Below are positions 59,905 to 64,000 of a stretch of DNA of 64,000 nt, in pieces (within the stretch, counting starts at the first letter, position 1; every line of letters begins with the position of its first letter). Position numbers and translations under genes: made by a program. The stretch spans positions 5,440,001 to 5,504,000 of the forward strand of contig CBDCXR010000004.1 of assembly GCA_965223845.1 (NCBI GenBank). Reading direction: 5' to 3'. A model generated the notes under the pieces. The model did no database searches, had not been told where the DNA came from, and saw nothing but the letters and a program-made list of their open reading frames with translations. Source of the DNA: Planctomycetota bacterium. Lineage in GTDB: Bacteria > Planctomycetota > UBA8108 > SXIK01.

Positions 59905-61323
59905 TCACCCCACCAGCTCGTTGATCACCTTCCCGCCGAACTGACTGAGCTGCTTGTATCTTCCCGCATGGAAGTACGTCAGCTTGTTGTCGTCGAGCCC
60001 GAGGAGGTGGAGCAGTGTGACATGGAAGTCGCGGATGGGGTGGACGACGTCGACCGCCTCCGCGCCGAGCTCGTCGGTCGCTCCGACGATCCCCTTCTTC
60101 ACGCCTCCGCCCGCGAGGAGCATCGTCATCGCGTCCGCGTTGTGGCCGCGGCCGAGAGCGTACACGCCGCCGCGGCGATTGTTGTCCGGCGTGCGGCCGA
60201 ACTCGCCGGTCCATACGACGAGGGTCTCGTCGAGCATTCCGCGCGCCTTCAGATCTTTGATGAGCGCCGCCATCGGCCGGTCGACGCTGCGAATCCGCGA
60301 GGAGTGACCGCGCTCGAGGAAGTCGTGGCTGTCCCAACCGCCGGAGAAGATCTGCACGAACCGAACTCCCTTCTCGACGAGACGTCGCGCGAGGAGGCAC
60401 TGACGCCCGAATGCGGCCGTCTCCGCGTTCTCGAGTCCGTACATCTCTTGCGTGTGCCGCGATTCTCCCGAGATGTCGAGAATGCCCGGGACCTCGAGCT
60501 GCATGCGAAACGCGAGCTCGTAGTCCTCCATGCGTCCAGCGAGCGCGTCGTGCTCGGGGTGCGCTTCGGCATGGCGCCGATTGAGGAACTGGAGCTCGTC
60601 GAGTGCACGCCGCTGATGCTCGCGGCTCTTGAACGCCTGCGGATGGAGATCGAGGATCGGTGATCCCTCCGGACGGAGGCGCGTTCCCTGGTACGGGACG
60701 GGAAGGAACCCGTTCGACCAGTTGCGCGAGCCGCCCTGCGGAAGGGCGAGCTCCGTCATGACGACGTAACCGGGAAGGTTTCGGTTGACCGAGCCGAGAC
60801 CGTACGTCACCCAAGAACCCACCGCCGGGTCGCTCCCGAGACGACTCCCCGTGTTCATGTGGAAGAGCGCTTCCGGATGGTTGAGCGACTCCGCCTGGCA
60901 TCCGCGGTAGTTGCAAAGCTCGTTTGCGATCTCGGGATCCGCCATGTGGACCCACTGGTCGCACATATCGAGACCGGCTTCGCCCACCTTGCGAAACTGA
61001 AACGGGCTCCCGACGTAGAACTTGAACCCCGTTTCGAGACCGCGCGTGCTCTTCGACTCCGTCTTGTGGCGCTTGTCGAGATCGGGCTTCGGATCGAAGG
61101 TGTCCGCCTGACTCGGGCCGCCCTCCATGAAGAGAAGGATGCAGGCCTTCGCTTTCGGAGCGAAGAGCGATGGCTTCGGCGTGAGCGGTCCGGTCTTCAC
61201 GGCCCCGTCGGCCGCGAGAAGATCGCTGAACGCGACGGACCCCAGCGACGCGCCGAGACCGTAGAGAAACTCTCGGCGAGAGCTCGGCGTCGAAACCGGT
61301 CGGTGGCAGAGGGGATGCTTCAT
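59905..61323 (-). CDS. DUF1501 family protein with Tat-like signal
   Basis: SRREFL leader; LFMEGGPSQADTFDPKP, CLLARRLVEKGVRFVQ, WDSH, GEFGRTP. Confidence 0.93.
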   Translation of the reverse strand: MKHPLCHRPVSTPSSRREFLYGLGASLGSVAFSDLLAADGAVKTGPLTPKPSLFAPKAKACILLFMEGGPSQADTFDPKPDLDKRHKTESKSTRGLETGFKFYVGSPFQFRKVGEAGLDMCDQWVHMADPEIANELCNYRGCQAESLNHPEALFHMNTGSRLGSDPAVGSWVTYGLGSVNRNLPGYVVMTELALPQGGSRNWSNGFLPVPYQGTRLRPEGSPILDLHPQAFKSREHQRRALDELQFLNRRHAEAHPEHDALAGRMEDYELAFRMQLEVPGILDISGESRHTQEMYGLENAETAAFGRQCLLARRLVEKGVRFVQIFSGGWDSHDFLERGHSSRIRSVDRPMAALIKDLKARGMLDETLVVWTGEFGRTPDNNRRGGVYALGRGHNADAMTMLLAGGGVKKGIVGATDELGAEAVDVVHPIRDFHVTLLHLLGLDDNKLTYFHAGRYKQLSQFGGKVINELVG

Positions 61324-61352
61324 GACGGACTCTTCTGGCTCGTCGGGCTCGC

Positions 61353-64000
61353 TCAGTAGACGTAGAGGAATTCGCTCGAGTTGAAAAGAAGAAGGCAAAG
61401 GTCGGCGAGCGCACGCGTGCCGGCGCTCGTTTGGGCAGGCTTCGGATCCGCGGCATACTTCTTGTATACCGGAAGAATCTCCTCGTACTCGAACACCTTG
61501 CCGGAAAACTCCTCGACGAGCGAGCGGGTGATGCTCGTCGGGAAGCGGACCGGCGGCGGCTCGGTGCGCTCGTGGTAGCCGCGCATTTCCTCGACGTACC
61601 GCGTCCCTCGTTCGCGCTCCTCCTCCGAAGGCTCCCGACCGTAAGCGAGAAGGAAGGCGCGCGCGATCCGGCTCGCGAGCGTGTCCGCCTCACGCTCAAG
61701 GCGAAGCGCGAATGCGATCGAGCGATCCGTCATCACGTCGCTATTGAGAAGGGTGAACGCCTGCGGCGTCACCGCCGCGGCATCGCGGTCCTCGCACGAG
61801 TCGTTCGGGTTCGGCTGGTTGAAGAGCTCGAGGAACGGATCGGCCATTCCTCGCACGCGGTAGGCGTAGATCGTCCGGCGATTCCGCTCGGCGGGCGTGG
61901 GCGATGGCTGATACGCCGGCGCGATCGAAAACTGAATCATGCGCGGCTGAAGGGCGACCTCGATGTTGATCTCCGGCATGACTGGAAGTCCGCCGAGCCG
62001 CGGGTTCAGCTCTCCCGTCACAGCTAGCAAGCTGTCGCGGAGCTCCTCGGCCGTAAGTCGACGAGCCGGACGGTACGCGAGCAAGCGATTCTCGGGGTCT
62101 TTCTCGCGCAGCGCGCCGAGCTGCGCGTGCCCCGTCGCCTGCCGATACGCGCGCGAAGTCATGATCAGCCGGTGGAGACGCTTCATCGTCCAGCCGTTCT
62201 CGACGAAGTCCGCCGCGAGCCAATCGAGGAGACCGGGGTGCGTCGGCTTCGCGCCCTTCGCGCCGAAGCTGTTCGGGTTCCGCGCGATCGGATGCACGAA
62301 GTGATGTTGCCAGATCCGATTGACGATCGAACGCGCGGTGAGCGGGTTCTTCGGGTCGACGATCCACTTCGCGAGCGCGAGACGCCGCCCTTCGAGTCCG
62401 TCCGGTACTCGATAGGGATCCTCTTCCGTCGCACCGCTCGCGGCAACGCCGGTCGCGCTCAAAACACCCGGCGAGACCGCCTCGCCCAGCGCCGATAGGG
62501 CGCCCCCGGAGTAGATGAAGCTCGCCGGTCGCCACGCGGGATCCGATTTCGGATTGATGCGAAGCTTCCGTGCGCCGTTCCACGCGAACTTTGCGTCCGA
62601 GCCGTTGTAGACGCTCTGCGCCATCGGCTGATAGCGCTCGAGCCGGCGATTCCAGATCCACTCGTCCTGCTCGCGAACCTTCAGCCGACCCTCGTCGACG
62701 TGATCGAGGCCGAAGTAGCGCGGTGGCTTCTCCTCGTCGGGTAGGTCCCTCCGCTCCTTCTCGGTCTTGTACTCGAGTCCGCGTTCACGGAACCAAGCAC
62801 GCGCGGCGGCCTCCTGCTTCTCCTTGATCGCGTTCTTCTTCGAAACGGCGAACGCCTTCATCGTCTCGACGAGCGCCTTTCCCGTTTCGAATCCCGCGTG
62901 ACTCTCCGCTTCAAGAAACGGCGCCGGACGTTCGGCCATCTGCGTGCCTGCGAAGGCTGCGTAGATGCGGTAGTAATCGCGCGTCGGGATCGGGTCGAAC
63001 TTGTGGTCGTGGCACTTCACGCAGCGAAGCGACATCGAGAGAAACGTCTGCCCCACCGAGTGAACGACATCGTCGAGATAGATCTGGCGCGCTTCGGGCG
63101 CCTTCACCATCGCGTTGTCCCACGGACCCATGCGAAGGAATCCCGTCGCGACGATCCACTCGCTCTCGGATTCGGTGTACTCGCCCGAGAGTCTCGTCTT
63201 GCGCACGACCCCGTCGTCCCCGCCCGTACGTTCACGCACCGACGCGTCGGCGAGCTCGTCGCCGGCGAGCTGCTCGGTCACGAACCGGTCGTAGGGCTTG
63301 TCGTCGTTGAACGAACGGATGACGTAATCCCGGTAGCGCCACGCATTCGATCGTTCGTAGTCGTTCGAGTAGCCGCCGGTGTCGGCGTAGCGCGCGACAT
63401 CCAGCCAGTGCTGCGCCCAACGCTCGCCGTAGTGCGGGCTCGCGAGCAATCGATCGATGAGATCCGTCCAAGCTTCGTCTGGGTTGCGCTTCCAATGCGC
63501 GAGAAACTGAACGATCTCGGCGGGCGAAGGCGGCAGGCCGGTGAGGTCGAACTTCGCGCGCCGAAGGAGAGTGACCGGATCGGCCTCCGGCGCCGCAGCG
63601 AAGCCGGCGGCATCGCGACGCGCGTCGATGAATGCGTCGACGGGATGTGGTTTCGTCTCCTCGCTCGAGCTCGCGGTCTCCGGCAAGACAGGCTTCCGAA
63701 TGGGCTGAAAGGCCCACAAATCCTCACGCTGATAACGCCGATAGGTCCACTCGTCCGCGAGACCGCCGCTCGTCGCGACGAGGATCCCGTCTTCGTTCTC
63801 GACGACGGAGCGCTCGCGCAAGCGGATGCGCTCCCGAACCTCCGGCGCGGGCCAGGCCGCGCCGCTCTTGATCCACGTCTCGATCGCGGCGATCTGCTCG
63901 ACCGTCAGTCGATCGTTCTCCTTGGGCGGCATTTCGAGTCCGTCCCAGCGCACGGCGCGGAGGAGAAGACTCTCCTCGGGCCGACCGGGAATGATTCCGG
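61353..64000 (-). CDS. Planctomycete cytochrome c / PSD1-PSD2 (DUF1549/DUF1553) protein, 5'-truncated by the window edge
   Basis: HPVDAFI, YGERWAQHWLDVARY, CVKCHDHKFDP, ARSIVNRIWQHHF, PTHPGLLDWLA; frame appears open to the window end. Confidence 0.93.
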   Translation of the reverse strand, partial: GIIPGRPEESLLLRAVRWDGLEMPPKENDRLTVEQIAAIETWIKSGAAWPAPEVRERIRLRERSVVENEDGILVATSGGLADEWTYRRYQREDLWAFQPIRKPVLPETASSSEETKPHPVDAFIDARRDAAGFAAAPEADPVTLLRRAKFDLTGLPPSPAEIVQFLAHWKRNPDEAWTDLIDRLLASPHYGERWAQHWLDVARYADTGGYSNDYERSNAWRYRDYVIRSFNDDKPYDRFVTEQLAGDELADASVRERTGGDDGVVRKTRLSGEYTESESEWIVATGFLRMGPWDNAMVKAPEARQIYLDDVVHSVGQTFLSMSLRCVKCHDHKFDPIPTRDYYRIYAAFAGTQMAERPAPFLEAESHAGFETGKALVETMKAFAVSKKNAIKEKQEAAARAWFRERGLEYKTEKERRDLPDEEKPPRYFGLDHVDEGRLKVREQDEWIWNRRLERYQPMAQSVYNGSDAKFAWNGARKLRINPKSDPAWRPASFIYSGGALSALGEAVSPGVLSATGVAASGATEEDPYRVPDGLEGRRLALAKWIVDPKNPLTARSIVNRIWQHHFVHPIARNPNSFGAKGAKPTHPGLLDWLAADFVENGWTMKRLHRLIMTSRAYRQATGHAQLGALREKDPENRLLAYRPARRLTAEELRDSLLAVTGELNPRLGGLPVMPEINIEVALQPRMIQFSIAPAYQPSPTPAERNRRTIYAYRVRGMADPFLELFNQPNPNDSCEDRDAAAVTPQAFTLLNSDVMTDRSIAFALRLEREADTLASRIARAFLLAYGREPSEEERERGTRYVEEMRGYHERTEPPPVRFPTSITRSLVEEFSGKVFEYEEILPVYKKYAADPKPAQTSAGTRALADLCLLLFNSSEFLYVY

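Noticed and set aside
59714-59944. 76-aa ORF after the TIR gene as a partner gene
   Set aside because: It has no recognisable motif or clear RBS, and its 3' end overlaps the DUF1501 gene. It cannot be supported, though a remnant is not excluded.

Overview
High-GC bacterial DNA, most likely Planctomycetota (DUF1501 plus PSD1/PSD2 cytochrome-c gene pair, ECF sigma/Ser-Thr kinase pair, sulfatase). I saw no rRNA, tRNA, CRISPR array or transposase. The main feature is a ~43 kb region (9043-52434) in which eight large signal-peptide proteins end in a related Cys-rich dockerin-like module. A ninth gene (50608-52434) is built only of dockerin-cohesin-dockerin-cohesin-dockerin-like modules, i.e. a candidate adaptor scaffoldin. 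The dockerin-tagged cargo includes no recognisable glycoside hydrolase. It consists of lectin-like LamG/discoidin/NPCBM proteins, a CotH-family kinase, and two tandem FG-GAP proteins fused to a phosphohistidine domain plus PPDK-type ATP-grasp domain in glucan,water-dikinase order. This suggests a cellulosome-like extracellular binding/phosphorylation complex (hypothesis). Other notable items: a chimeric gene made by tandem duplication and deletion, a 24-bp inverted repeat in a divergent promoter region, three REPIN-like elements with copy-specific arms, a NosP-like FIST/hybrid kinase pair, an orphan TIR protein and a 55-aa membrane ORF missing from the ORF track. All domain calls come from reading motifs by eye, not from database searches.
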